Under the pieces are notes generated by a model. The model saw only the letters and a list, made by a program, of their open reading frames with translations, was not told the origin of the DNA and made no database searches. Below, piece after piece: positions 42,909-53,343 of a DNA stretch of 58,995 nt. Each line of letters begins with the position of its first letter. Within the stretch, counting starts at the first letter, position 1. The translations under genes and the position numbers were made by a program. The stretch is from positions 1 to 58,995 of the IMG/VR virus record IMGVR_UViG_3300049222_000252; one strand, written 5' to 3'. The stretch comes from a virus. Lineage: Duplodnaviria; Caudoviricetes.

Positions 42909-44185
42909 TGGCAAATTTATATAATAAAGCAGGACTTGTAAACATACCAATCGGGTATAGCGATGGTTTTTTATATAATATAAAACCTGTAGATGATACT
43001 TTAGCATTTAGATTTAATAGAGATTCTTCAGCTACTAGGGTAAATGAACAAGGTTTAATCGAAACAGTAGCGATAGACAAACCGCGTATTGACTATACAG
43101 ATTCACTTACATCTCCTAGTTTTTTGTTAGAGCCACAGAGTACTAATTTGTTTCAAAGGTCAGAAGAATTTGACAATTCTTATTGGACTAAAAACAATCT
43201 ATCTGTTACGCCAAATCAATTAGCCTCTCCTAACGGAAGCACTAATGCAGACAAGGTTATATTAGATAGTGGAACTAACAACATAAATGGTGGATTGTAT
43301 CGTGAAATTAGCACAACAGCATCTACTCAATACGCATTTTCAATTTTTGCTAAAAAAGGCGAATATAGATACGGTACAATAGGTTTTGGTTCAAATGCTT
43401 CTAATGGTTTTAATTTTGATTTAGAACAAGGTATAATTTTAAGTGAATTTAACGCTTCATCTCAATACACAAACGTTTCTAAAGAAATGATTGATTACGG
43501 GAATGGTTGGTACAAATTGATTGTTGTAACGACAGATGATATTGGTTCAAATAGATTTATAGGAATACGACCACACAACACAGTACCTACTGCAACTAAC
43601 AACAACTACCCTTCAACAGGAGATGGAACAAGTGGTATTTACGTATGGGGTGCGCAATTAGAACAAAAATCCTTTGCCACTTCATACATACCCACATTAG
43701 GAAGTGCTGTAACAAGGAGTGCGGAAACTTGTAATAATGCAGGTAACTCAACTGTGTTTAACGATACCGAGGGTGTGTTATATGCAGAGATTGCTGCACT
43801 TGCTGATGACTTAACAAACAGAGTTATTTCAATAAGTGATAGCTCAAATGATAATGCAGTTACGCTTCGTTTTAAAAACAATACAAACCAATTAAATTTT
43901 CAGGTAAGGGCAAATGATGCAAATGAAATATTTAGGAATATTACAGTAAGCGACATTACTGAATTTGCCAAAGTTGCTTTTAAATACAAGTCAGGAGAAA
44001 GTTCTGTTTTTGTAAATGGAACTAAAGTTCTTTCAATAAGTGAAACCTTTACATTTACTAATACGTTAAACCAACTTCGTTTTGAAGCCGCATCAACTGC
44101 AGACGACTTTTACGGTAAAACAAAAAGCGTTTACGTTTTTAACGAAACTCTTACAGACGACGAACTTCAACAACTAACAAGTTGA
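42908..44185 (+). CDS. Spike/fibre (paralog 2)
   Basis: Same motif series as paralog 1. Confidence 0.8.
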   Translation: MANLYNKAGLVNIPIGYSDGFLYNIKPVDDTLAFRFNRDSSATRVNEQGLIETVAIDKPRIDYTDSLTSPSFLLEPQSTNLFQRSEEFDNSYWTKNNLSVTPNQLASPNGSTNADKVILDSGTNNINGGLYREISTTASTQYAFSIFAKKGEYRYGTIGFGSNASNGFNFDLEQGIILSEFNASSQYTNVSKEMIDYGNGWYKLIVVTTDDIGSNRFIGIRPHNTVPTATNNNYPSTGDGTSGIYVWGAQLEQKSFATSYIPTLGSAVTRSAETCNNAGNSTVFNDTEGVLYAEIAALADDLTNRVISISDSSNDNAVTLRFKNNTNQLNFQVRANDANEIFRNITVSDITEFAKVAFKYKSGESSVFVNGTKVLSISETFTFTNTLNQLRFEAASTADDFYGKTKSVYVFNETLTDDELQQLTS

Positions 44186-44207
44186 TAAAAACAATAATAA
44201 AATAATA

Positions 44208-44591
44208 ATGAACAAAGTAGGTAAATATGAATTTGCTTCAAATCAAGAAGCACTTGAAGCTATAAGATCGCTAGGCGTTTCAACTGATGAAGAAACGAAT
44301 CAAGAATATCCAACGCATGAACACAGCGTAGTAGATCTTGGTAACATTGTTTTAACACAAGGTGAATACGACGAAGAAGGAAATGAATTAATAGCACCCG
44401 TGCTTTCAGAAAATTATCACGTAGATGTAATGTGGAAAAACTTAGTTGCAGACGAAGAAACAGGGGAATACTCAGAGCCAGATAATTGGAAATCTAAAAG
44501 AGCGTTATTAGAGCCCGGATCAGAAGGTATACACGGTTTTTTTGGCGTTAGCTATATATCACAAGGATTTGGTCAAGCTGTAAGTGAGTAA
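44208..44591 (+). CDS. Spike-associated acidic protein
   Basis: GEYDEEGNELIAPV...YHVDVMW...GIHGFFG. Confidence 0.65.
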   Translation: MNKVGKYEFASNQEALEAIRSLGVSTDEETNQEYPTHEHSVVDLGNIVLTQGEYDEEGNELIAPVLSENYHVDVMWKNLVADEETGEYSEPDNWKSKRALLEPGSEGIHGFFGVSYISQGFGQAVSE

Positions 44592-44637
44592 AAAAATATG
44601 TAACTATTTACATATCAATTAAATTAAATTAAATCAA

Positions 44638-44877
44638 ATGGCAAAAATTACAAAAGAACAATTAGACGCAGTTGTAAAACAACAGCAAGAGCTTAACAAG
44701 TTAGTAAATGAAATAGGTGTTTTAGAAACACGCAAGCACGCATCGCTACATAAAATAGCAAGCGTAAATGAAGATATTGAAGCTACTAAAGTTGAGCTTG
44801 AAAAAGAATATGGTAATATAAGTATTGACCTTGAAACAGGCGAATATACTACCATAGAAAAAGAAACAAAAGAATAA
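44638..44877 (+). CDS. Coiled-coil hypothetical protein
   Basis: LEKEYGNISIDLETGEY. Confidence 0.7.
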   Translation: MAKITKEQLDAVVKQQQELNKLVNEIGVLETRKHASLHKIASVNEDIEATKVELEKEYGNISIDLETGEYTTIEKETKE

Positions 44878-45104
44878 TGGAAACTGTTATAAGAAAAATC
44901 AGTATTGGTTCTGATTATAAAAATGACGCGATGCATTATTCTGTAGGCCAAGAGGTTTATGGCGGTCATAAGATTGCATACATTTTATTTAACAATACTG
45001 ATAATTCTTATAATATTCATATAAAGAAAAACAATGAGGTATTGCCTTGGAAAAAGTTTAATTCTAACATGGCAATATCTATTGAATATGATTTAGAATA
45101 TTAA
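44877..45104 (+). CDS. Hypothetical protein
   Basis: IRKISIGSDYKNDAMHYSVGQ; TAATG coupling on both sides. Confidence 0.75.
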   Translation: METVIRKISIGSDYKNDAMHYSVGQEVYGGHKIAYILFNNTDNSYNIHIKKNNEVLPWKKFNSNMAISIEYDLEY

Positions 45105-45709
45105 TGAGAAGTGTATATGATTTTATAATCAAACCACTTGGCGAGAGGTACGACAACAAGCTTAAAGTTGGAGATAAGAAGTTAATACTTAACTCTAAAA
45201 TAGAAAGCCATAAGTTTGTGAACAATAAAGCTATTGTAGTGTCTACCCCTTTAGCGATTACAACACCTATTGAAGTAGGTGATACAGTTATAGTGCATCA
45301 TAATATATTTAGAAGATATTACAACCATCAAGGTAAAGAAGTTAATAGTAGTAAATATTTTAAAGATGACATGTATTTCTGTCAACTAGACCAAATATAT
45401 CTATACAAACGCATAGAGCAATGGCGCCCGTTTAATAATAGGTGCTTTGTAGCTCCTATAGTTAATAAGGACGATCTAGATTTATCTAAAGAAAAAAAGC
45501 ATCTTGGGATATTAAAGCACGGAAATAAATCGCTAGAGAGTAAAAATATAAAACCCGGTGATATAGTTGGGTTCACGCCTAATAGTGAGTTTGAGTTTGT
45601 TGTAGACAATGAGCTGCTGTATTGCATGCGAACAAAAGATATTGTAATTAAATATGAACACAAAACAAGCGAAACTCAATATAATCCAAGCTGGGCAAAA
45701 AGCAGTTAA
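45104..45709 (+). CDS. Tandem two-domain GroES-like co-chaperonin
   Basis: Two Cpn10-like units: FIIKP...EVGDTVIV and CFVAPI...KPGDIVGF...EFVVDNELLYCMRTKDIV. Confidence 0.65.
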   Translation: MRSVYDFIIKPLGERYDNKLKVGDKKLILNSKIESHKFVNNKAIVVSTPLAITTPIEVGDTVIVHHNIFRRYYNHQGKEVNSSKYFKDDMYFCQLDQIYLYKRIEQWRPFNNRCFVAPIVNKDDLDLSKEKKHLGILKHGNKSLESKNIKPGDIVGFTPNSEFEFVVDNELLYCMRTKDIVIKYEHKTSETQYNPSWAKSS

Positions 45710-45929
45710 TGAGCTTATTAAAGTAGCAGAAGAACAGATTATTACTAACACTGAAGATGATGTTTCTGCAGATCGTTTAAAAAATGCTGCTGCTACTAAA
45801 AAGCTAGCTATATTCGATGCGTTTGAAATACTTACGCGAATCGAAGAAGAAAAAGCTATGCTTGAAGAAACAAATAAAGAGACTAAGCAAAAAAGCTTTA
45901 AGGGTTTTGCTGAAGGAAGATCTAAGTAA
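45654..45929 (+). CDS. Probable terminase small subunit
   Basis: Helical 91 aa, TAATG-coupled to the large subunit. Confidence 0.55.
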   Translation: MNTKQAKLNIIQAGQKAVNELIKVAEEQIITNTEDDVSADRLKNAAATKKLAIFDAFEILTRIEEEKAMLEETNKETKQKSFKGFAEGRSK

Positions 45930-48142
45930 TGTACGAGCAAACTTTAGTTAAAACGCTTACAGACCACATTAAACCGTCTATTATAAAGAAAAATAATAGA
46001 TATAAAAAATGGAAGTATGGTTACGATGTAGAACATGATGTAGTTATTATAAGTAAAGACGGTACAATAGGTGAAATAATTGAAATACAAAATTTAATTA
46101 TAGCACTTCCATCTGCGCCTGATAATATTTATAAAAACGAAAGTAATAAGTGGAGTAAGCTTAAATACCCTAAAGAGCTTGAAAAAATTAAAAGTGTTTT
46201 TGATTGGGATAAATATCCTGTAAATTTTAAAGAAAAGTATTACGATTATATAGATGAAGAGTTTAAAAGACGCGATGAAGGATTTTGGTTCTATAATAAA
46301 AGTTTGGCTACTTACATCACTGGTTCTCACTATATGTTCTTGCAGTGGAGTAAAATTGATGTTGGGGCAGCAGATTATAGGGAGTCAAACAGATTATTCT
46401 TTATATTCTGGGAAGCTTGCAAAGCCGACCAAAGATGTTATGGAATGTGCTACCTCAAAAACCGACGCTCTGGTTTTTCCTTTATGGCATCTTCAGAGCT
46501 CGTTAATCAAGCAACAATAAGTTCTGATTCAAGATTTGGTATATTATCAAAATCTGGTGGTGATGCAAAGAAAATGTTTACTGATAAGGTTGTACCGATA
46601 TCTGTTAACTATCCTTTCTTTTTTAAACCAATACAAGACGGTATGGACCGTCCAAAAACAGAGCTCGCGTATAGAGTACCTGCTTCAAAGCTAACGCGTA
46701 GAAAGTTAGACGCAGGTGAGGCAGTAGAAGAGCTCGAAGGACTTGATACAACTATTGACTGGAAAAATACAGGTGATAATAGTTATGACGGTGAAAAATT
46801 AAAGCTGCTAGCACACGATGAGAGCGGTAAGTGGGAAAGACCTGATAATATTTTAAATAACTGGAGAGTTACTAAAACCACGCTTCGTTTAGGTAAAAAA
46901 GTTGTTGGTAAGTGTATGATGGGTAGTACATCAAACTCTCTTGATAAAGGTGGTGATAACTTTAAAAAATTATACTATGCGTCAGACGTTACGCAAAGAA
47001 ACCGCAATGGACAGACTAGCTCAGGATTATATTCTTTGTTCATACCTATGGAGTGGAATTACGAAGGATTCATTGACTCTTATGGAATACCTGTATTCGA
47101 CAACCCAGAAAAACCAATTAAAGATCCGCAAGGTGATTTAATTTACACAGGCGTTATTGAGCACTGGGAAAACGAAGTAGAGGGATTAAAAGACGATCAA
47201 GATAGTTTAAACGAATATTATCGTCAGTTTCCTAGAACTGAAAAACATGCTTTCAGAGACGAAGCTAAATTATCTTTATTTAATCTAACTAAAATATATG
47301 AGCAAATAGATTTTAATGAAGGTGTAAAAAATAAATCATTAATTACGCGTGGTAGTTTTCAGTGGGAAGGTGACGTACAAGATACAAGAGTTAGATTTGT
47401 TCCTAACAACAATGGTAGATTTTTAGTATCATGGGTACCACCTTTAAATCTACAAAATCGTGTAATAATAAAAAATGGAGTGAAGCACCCGGGTAACGAG
47501 CACGTAGGTGCTTTTGGTTGTGACTCATACGATATATCTGGTACTGTTGATAAGCGCGGATCAAAAGCTGCTTTTCACGGGCTTACTAAATTTAGTATGG
47601 AAGAAGCTCCAGCTAATATGTTTTTTTTAGAATATATAGCAAGACCTCAAACAGCTGATTTGTTTTTTGAAGATATACTCATGGCATTACATTTTTATAG
47701 TATGCCGTTACTTGCAGAAAACAATAAGCCAAGGCTTTTATATTATTTAAAACGTAGAGGTTACAGGCAGTTTTCAATAAACAGACCTGATAAAATATAC
47801 AGCAAGCTTTCAGTTGCTGAAAAAGAAATAGGTGGTATACCTAACTCGTCTGAAGACATAAAGCAAGCGCATGCGGCTGCTGTTGAATCGTATATAGAAG
47901 ATTATGTTGGAGCTGCAAAAAACGGTTATGGTCAAATGTATTTTCAACGTACGCTCGAGGACTGGGCTAAATTTAATATAAACAATAGAACAAAGCACGA
48001 TGCTACTATTAGCTCTGGCTTAGCTATTATGGCTTGCAATAAAAATAAATACACACCGGTTTATAAACAACAAAAACAAGCTGTTCAGTTATCATTTAAA
48101 AAATATAATAACGACGGTAATATTTCAAAAATAATAAAATAG
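45929..48142 (+). CDS. terL: Terminase large subunit
   Basis: KNRRSGFS, HDESGKW, MGST, RNaseH-like GCDSYD, ENNK, KHDATISSG. Confidence 0.93.
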   Translation: MYEQTLVKTLTDHIKPSIIKKNNRYKKWKYGYDVEHDVVIISKDGTIGEIIEIQNLIIALPSAPDNIYKNESNKWSKLKYPKELEKIKSVFDWDKYPVNFKEKYYDYIDEEFKRRDEGFWFYNKSLATYITGSHYMFLQWSKIDVGAADYRESNRLFFIFWEACKADQRCYGMCYLKNRRSGFSFMASSELVNQATISSDSRFGILSKSGGDAKKMFTDKVVPISVNYPFFFKPIQDGMDRPKTELAYRVPASKLTRRKLDAGEAVEELEGLDTTIDWKNTGDNSYDGEKLKLLAHDESGKWERPDNILNNWRVTKTTLRLGKKVVGKCMMGSTSNSLDKGGDNFKKLYYASDVTQRNRNGQTSSGLYSLFIPMEWNYEGFIDSYGIPVFDNPEKPIKDPQGDLIYTGVIEHWENEVEGLKDDQDSLNEYYRQFPRTEKHAFRDEAKLSLFNLTKIYEQIDFNEGVKNKSLITRGSFQWEGDVQDTRVRFVPNNNGRFLVSWVPPLNLQNRVIIKNGVKHPGNEHVGAFGCDSYDISGTVDKRGSKAAFHGLTKFSMEEAPANMFFLEYIARPQTADLFFEDILMALHFYSMPLLAENNKPRLLYYLKRRGYRQFSINRPDKIYSKLSVAEKEIGGIPNSSEDIKQAHAAAVESYIEDYVGAAKNGYGQMYFQRTLEDWAKFNINNRTKHDATISSGLAIMACNKNKYTPVYKQQKQAVQLSFKKYNNDGNISKIIK

Positions 48143-50563
48143 ATGGTATATACTAATGTTAATAGTTCTTTCCCAAGTCAGGTAGTACCTGATGCAGAAA
48201 AGTCTACAATGGAATATGGTTATGCCGTAGGTAGAGCTATTGAAAACGAATGGTTTAGAGGCGATCGCGGACTCGGTGTTGGTGGTCGTTTTGGAAATAA
48301 CTGGCAGTACTTTCATCAATTACGCTTATATGCTAGAGGTGAGCAGTCAGTTCAAAAATATAAAGATGAACTATCTATTAACGGTGATTTGTCTTATTTA
48401 AATTTAGATTGGAAACCTGTAGCTACGCTATCTAAGTTTGTTGATATTGTAGTAAACGGTATGACTGATAAAGGTTATAAAATAAAATCTTACGCTACGG
48501 ATCCATTTGCTATAGCTGAAAGAACTAATCACGCTAATGCAGTTGCTAAAGATGCTTTTGCAAAAGATTTAATTCAAAACGCAAAGCAAAATTTAGGTAT
48601 AGATTTAAGCAGCACTAGCATACCAGAAGATCAACTGCCTAAAAGTAAAGAAGAGTTAGAGCTTCACATGCAATTATCTTACAAACAAGCTATAGAAATA
48701 GCAGAAGAAGAGCTAATTGAAAATGTTTTTGATTATAACAAATACGAAGAAATTAAAAAACGTGTAGCTTATGATCTAACTGTTTTAGGCATTGGCGCTA
48801 CTAAAACTGATTTCAACTTAGCTAACGGTATTACAACTCATTACGTAGATCCAACAAATCTTGTTTATTCATATACTGAAGATCCAAACTTTGAAGATAT
48901 ATACTACGTTGGAGAAGTTAAATCAATGAGTTTGCAAGAAGTTAAAAAATTATTTCCTTATTTAACTGATGCAGATCTTTCAGAGATAGAAAAATACCCA
49001 GGTGATGTAAACTATACTAGAGGTTATTACGGTATAGATGATGATTACAATAACGTTCAAGTTTTATTTTTTGAATACAAAACATACAACAATCAGGTGT
49101 TTAAAATAAAACAAACAGATCAAGGTCTTGAAAAAGCCCTTGAAAAACCTGACACGTTTAATCCACCTGAAAACGATAACTTTGAAAAAGCTCATAGAGC
49201 TATAGAGGTTTTATACAGCGGGGCTAAAATACTTGGATTTGAAAAAATGCTTAAATGGGAGCTTGCTGAAAACATGACTCGTCCTTATAGCGATCAAACT
49301 AAAGTAGAAATGAATTATACTATTTCTGCTCCTAGAATGTATAAGGGTCGTATAGAAAGTGTTGTAAGCAAGTGTATTGGATTTGCTGATATGATTCAGT
49401 TAACACATTTAAAAATACAACAAGTACTAGCTCGTATGGTACCAGATGGTGTGTTTGTTGACGTTGATGGTTTAGCGGAAGTTGATCTTGGAAATGGAAC
49501 TACATACAATGCTCAAGAAGCTTTAAATATGTATTTCCAAACTGGTAGCATAGTTGGTAGAAGTTTAACTCAAGATGGTGATCCTAACAGAGGTAAAGTA
49601 CCTATTCAAGAGTTGCAAACGTCTTCTGGTATGGCTAAAATACAAGCGCTTGTACAAACATATCAGTATTATCTACAGATGATACGTGACGTGACCGGGC
49701 TTAACGAAGCTAGAGACGGTAGTCAACCGTCAAATGATTCACTTGTAGGTTTACAAAAACTAGCAGCCGCAGCATCTAACACAGCTACTAAACATATACT
49801 ACAGTCACTAATGTATATAACAGTTAGAACCGCTGAGAACATTAGTCTTCGCGCTGCTGACGCTTTGAGTTTTCCATTGCTTAAAAATGCACTTATGAAT
49901 AGCATAAGTACGTTTAACGTTGATACGTTAGAGCAGATAGAAAACTTGAACATGCACGAGTTTGGTATATTCTTAGAGTTAGAGCCTGAGGAAGAAGATA
50001 AGCAAGTGCTAGAGCGCAACATACAAATAGCTTTGCAAAACGGAGGTATTGATCTTGAAGATGTAATAGATATTAGAGAAATATCTAATATTAAACTTGC
50101 CAATCAAATGCTTAAAATAAAACGTAAGCATAAGCAAGAACGCGATCAACAAATTGCTCAAGCTAATATACAGGCTCAAGCGCAAGCAAACGCACAAGCA
50201 GCTGAAAAAGCAGCTTTAGCAGAAATGCAAAAGCAACAAGCTCTCACTGAAACTAAATTGCAGTTAGAACAAGGTAAGTCTCAGTTTGAAATACAACGCA
50301 TGCAAACAGAAGCTGAAATTAAAAAACAGTTAATGGCTGAAGAGTTTAATTATAATATTCAACTCGCACAAGCTAGAGCTAAAGTAGAAAAAGAAAAAGA
50401 AAAAGAAATAGAAGATCGCAAAGACGAGCGAGCTAGAATTATAGGCACGCAGCAATCAGAAATGATTTCACAGCGTCAAAACGATGAGCTACCTAAAAAC
50501 TTTGAGTCATCAGGATTTGACTCGCTAGGAGGATTTGGACTTGAACAGTTTGAACCTCGTTAA
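48143..50563 (+). CDS. Portal protein
   Basis: 806 aa after terL; RDVTGLNEARDG; Gln/Ala-rich barrel coiled coil. Confidence 0.9.
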   Translation: MVYTNVNSSFPSQVVPDAEKSTMEYGYAVGRAIENEWFRGDRGLGVGGRFGNNWQYFHQLRLYARGEQSVQKYKDELSINGDLSYLNLDWKPVATLSKFVDIVVNGMTDKGYKIKSYATDPFAIAERTNHANAVAKDAFAKDLIQNAKQNLGIDLSSTSIPEDQLPKSKEELELHMQLSYKQAIEIAEEELIENVFDYNKYEEIKKRVAYDLTVLGIGATKTDFNLANGITTHYVDPTNLVYSYTEDPNFEDIYYVGEVKSMSLQEVKKLFPYLTDADLSEIEKYPGDVNYTRGYYGIDDDYNNVQVLFFEYKTYNNQVFKIKQTDQGLEKALEKPDTFNPPENDNFEKAHRAIEVLYSGAKILGFEKMLKWELAENMTRPYSDQTKVEMNYTISAPRMYKGRIESVVSKCIGFADMIQLTHLKIQQVLARMVPDGVFVDVDGLAEVDLGNGTTYNAQEALNMYFQTGSIVGRSLTQDGDPNRGKVPIQELQTSSGMAKIQALVQTYQYYLQMIRDVTGLNEARDGSQPSNDSLVGLQKLAAAASNTATKHILQSLMYITVRTAENISLRAADALSFPLLKNALMNSISTFNVDTLEQIENLNMHEFGIFLELEPEEEDKQVLERNIQIALQNGGIDLEDVIDIREISNIKLANQMLKIKRKHKQERDQQIAQANIQAQAQANAQAAEKAALAEMQKQQALTETKLQLEQGKSQFEIQRMQTEAEIKKQLMAEEFNYNIQLAQARAKVEKEKEKEIEDRKDERARIIGTQQSEMISQRQNDELPKNFESSGFDSLGGFGLEQFEPR

Positions 50564-50596
50564 AAATAAATTTTATTAATTTTATATTATTATATT

Positions 50597-51799
50597 ATGG
50601 CTGAAGAAACAGTAAAACAAGAGGGAGAGTTTTCATTAAAAAACAAGAAAACAAAACCAAAACAATTAGGTAAATCTTCTGATGAACCTATTAAAGTTAA
50701 CATGAAAGAACCTTTAGTAGAATTACCAGAACAGGAAATAACTAAAGTAATAATTAAAGAAGAAGATGCCACTAAAGAGCAAAGCACAGATGAAGTACTT
50801 GTTCGCGACGAATCCAAAGTTAGCGAAAAAGTTTCTGAAGAAAACATCGAAACAACAGCTGAAGAACCTACCACAGAAGGTGAGTCCCCTATCACTATTG
50901 TACAAGATAATGAAGAAGAAGTAAAAACAAGTGAAACACCTGTAACTACAGAAGTAGAGCAAGCTGTACAAGAGCAAAAGGTTCTACCAGAAAATATTGA
51001 AAAACTTGTTTCTTTTATGGAAGAAACTGGTGGTAGCGTTGAAGACTATGTTAGGCTTAACGCTGATTATACCAACGTAGATAACAACACGCTTATACGT
51101 GAGTACTACAAACAAACTAAACCACATCTTGATTCTGAAGATATAAGTCTTTTGTTAGAAGATTTTGATTATGATGAAGACATAGATGAACCAAAAGATA
51201 TACGCAAAAAGAAAATTGCGTTTAAAGAGGAAGTTTCTAAGGCCAAAAACTTTTTAGAAGGCTTAAAGAGTAAATACTACGACGAGATCAAGTTGAGACC
51301 GGGCGTAACTCAAGAGCAACAAAAAGCAATGGACTTTTTTAACAGATACAATGAAGAACAAAAAGCAGTAGCTAATCAACACAAAGGTTTTGTAGAACGT
51401 ACTAATAATTTACTAAACGATAATTTTAAAGGTTTTGATTTTAAAGTTGGTGAAAATAAATTTAGATACGGTATTAAAAATCCTAAACAAACAGCTGAAG
51501 CACAATCAGATATAACTAACTTCATTAAGACGTTCTTAAATGACAAAGGTGAAATATCAGATATGCAAGGCTATCACAAAGCATTATATGCTGCTAGAAA
51601 CGCTGATACAATAGCGCAACACTTTTATGAGCAAGGCAAAGCTGATGCTGTTAAAGATGTTATGGTTAAGTCAAAAAATATTTCAACTGAACCTAGAAAA
51701 ACTACTTCAGGTGATGTATTTATTGGTGGCTTAAAAGTTAAAACTATTAGCGGGCTTGATTCTTCAAAATTAAAAATCAAAACTAAAAAATTTAACTAA
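50597..51799 (+). CDS. Scaffolding protein (putative)
   Basis: Very acidic N-half; lies between portal and capsid genes. Confidence 0.7.
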   Translation: MAEETVKQEGEFSLKNKKTKPKQLGKSSDEPIKVNMKEPLVELPEQEITKVIIKEEDATKEQSTDEVLVRDESKVSEKVSEENIETTAEEPTTEGESPITIVQDNEEEVKTSETPVTTEVEQAVQEQKVLPENIEKLVSFMEETGGSVEDYVRLNADYTNVDNNTLIREYYKQTKPHLDSEDISLLLEDFDYDEDIDEPKDIRKKKIAFKEEVSKAKNFLEGLKSKYYDEIKLRPGVTQEQQKAMDFFNRYNEEQKAVANQHKGFVERTNNLLNDNFKGFDFKVGENKFRYGIKNPKQTAEAQSDITNFIKTFLNDKGEISDMQGYHKALYAARNADTIAQHFYEQGKADAVKDVMVKSKNISTEPRKTTSGDVFIGGLKVKTISGLDSSKLKIKTKKFN

Positions 51800-51813
51800 T
51801 AAAACTATTTAAA

Positions 51814-53265
51814 ATGGCTTTATCTCCACAATTTGGATCAATTACTCCATCACAAAGACAAGAAATTTTAGCGGACAACTTTTTGACGTTCGACGCTTCT
51901 ACTGGTGGTGGAACTTTCGCCGCGCAATATTTGCCGGAAATTTATGAACAAGAAGTAGAGCGTTATGGAAACAGAACGCTATCAGGCTTCTTACGTATGG
52001 TAGGCGCTGAAATGCCTATGACATCTGATCAGGTTATCTGGTCTGAGCAAAACCGTTTACACATCGCTTATAATAGCGTAACTGTTGTTGACGCTTCTGC
52101 TAACACTATTGATATTAACCCAGGTGGTTCTGGTGATACTTTTAAAGAAAACGTTATTTCTGTAAATGACACAATAGTAATTCTTGACGCTAACGGTAAC
52201 GAAGCAAAATGTTTAGTAACTGCATCTAACAATTCTTCAGGTGCTATCACTGCTGAGCCTTTTACTGCTGCTGGTCTTGATGACTTAGGATTTACAGATT
52301 CTCAAACAGGTGCTAAGGTATTTGTTTACGGTTCTTCTTATCAAAAAGGATCTACTCTTCCTAACGCTACTGGTACTCCTGGTGCTCAAACTGGTTACAT
52401 TAGTGTTCAGCCTTCTTTCACTCAATTCTCTAATACGCCTGTTATTATCCGAAGCAAATATGTTGTTTCTGGTTCTGACACCGCGCAAATTGGTTGGGTA
52501 GAAGTTGCTACTGAAGACGGTACTTCTGGTTACTTATGGTACTTAAAAGCTGAGTCTGAAACTCGTTTACGTTTTGAAGATTATTTAGAAATGTCAGTTG
52601 TTGAAGGTGAAAAGAAAGCTGCAACTTCTGTAATTTCTGAAAGCTTTCCAGGTACTGAAGGTTTATTCGCTGCTATTGAATCTCGTGGTAACGTAAACAC
52701 TGGGTTTACTGCAGCTGCTGGACTTGATGCTTTCGATGAAATCCTTAAGAACTTAGATACTCAAGGTGCTATTGAAGAAAACATGTTGTTCTTGCAACGT
52801 CAAACATCTCTTGATTTTGACGATATGCTAGCGGCTACTTCTAGCGGTGCACAAGGTGGTACTGGTTATGGATTATTCGAAAACTCTGAAGAAATGGCAT
52901 TGAACTTAGGTTTCTCAGGATTCCGCAGAGGTTCTTATGATTTCTACAAAACAGATTGGAAATACTTAAACGATGCTTCTACTCGTGGAGCTATCGATGG
53001 TGTTAACTCAATCGAAGGTGTATTAATCCCAGCTGGTACTTCAACTGTATACGATCAAATCCTTGGTACTAACATCCGTCGTCCATTCTTGCACGTACGA
53101 TATAGAGCATCACAAACTGATGATCGTCGTATGAAGCAATGGTTGACTGGTTCTGTTGGTGGTGCGTTCACTAGTGATCTTGACGCTATGGAAGTAAACT
53201 TCCTATCTGAAAGATGTCTATGTGTACAAGGTGCTAACAACTTTGTATTATTCAAAGGAGTGTAA
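51814..53265 (+). CDS. Major capsid protein
   Basis: 483 aa; biased high-expression codons; GTEGLFAAIESRG; followed by a strong hairpin. Confidence 0.88.
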   Translation: MALSPQFGSITPSQRQEILADNFLTFDASTGGGTFAAQYLPEIYEQEVERYGNRTLSGFLRMVGAEMPMTSDQVIWSEQNRLHIAYNSVTVVDASANTIDINPGGSGDTFKENVISVNDTIVILDANGNEAKCLVTASNNSSGAITAEPFTAAGLDDLGFTDSQTGAKVFVYGSSYQKGSTLPNATGTPGAQTGYISVQPSFTQFSNTPVIIRSKYVVSGSDTAQIGWVEVATEDGTSGYLWYLKAESETRLRFEDYLEMSVVEGEKKAATSVISESFPGTEGLFAAIESRGNVNTGFTAAAGLDAFDEILKNLDTQGAIEENMLFLQRQTSLDFDDMLAATSSGAQGGTGYGLFENSEEMALNLGFSGFRRGSYDFYKTDWKYLNDASTRGAIDGVNSIEGVLIPAGTSTVYDQILGTNIRRPFLHVRYRASQTDDRRMKQWLTGSVGGAFTSDLDAMEVNFLSERCLCVQGANNFVLFKGV

Positions 53266-53271
53266 TCAAAC

Positions 53272-53325
53272 AGGTAATGCTTACCCCTGATACAACGTCA
53301 GGGGTAACATTTACCTTTATTATTT
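53272..53325 (+). terminator. Long hairpin/terminator after the capsid gene
   Basis: AGGTAATGC-TTACCCCTGA-N7-TCAGGGGTAA-CATTTACCT followed by a T-rich tract. Confidence 0.75.
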
Positions 53326-53343
53326 ATTTAATTTTATTATATC

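Noticed and set aside
41088-44185. Diversity-generating retroelement TR/VR pair
   Set aside because: No reverse transcriptase; similarity is between two full paralogous CDSs and differences are not adenine-restricted.
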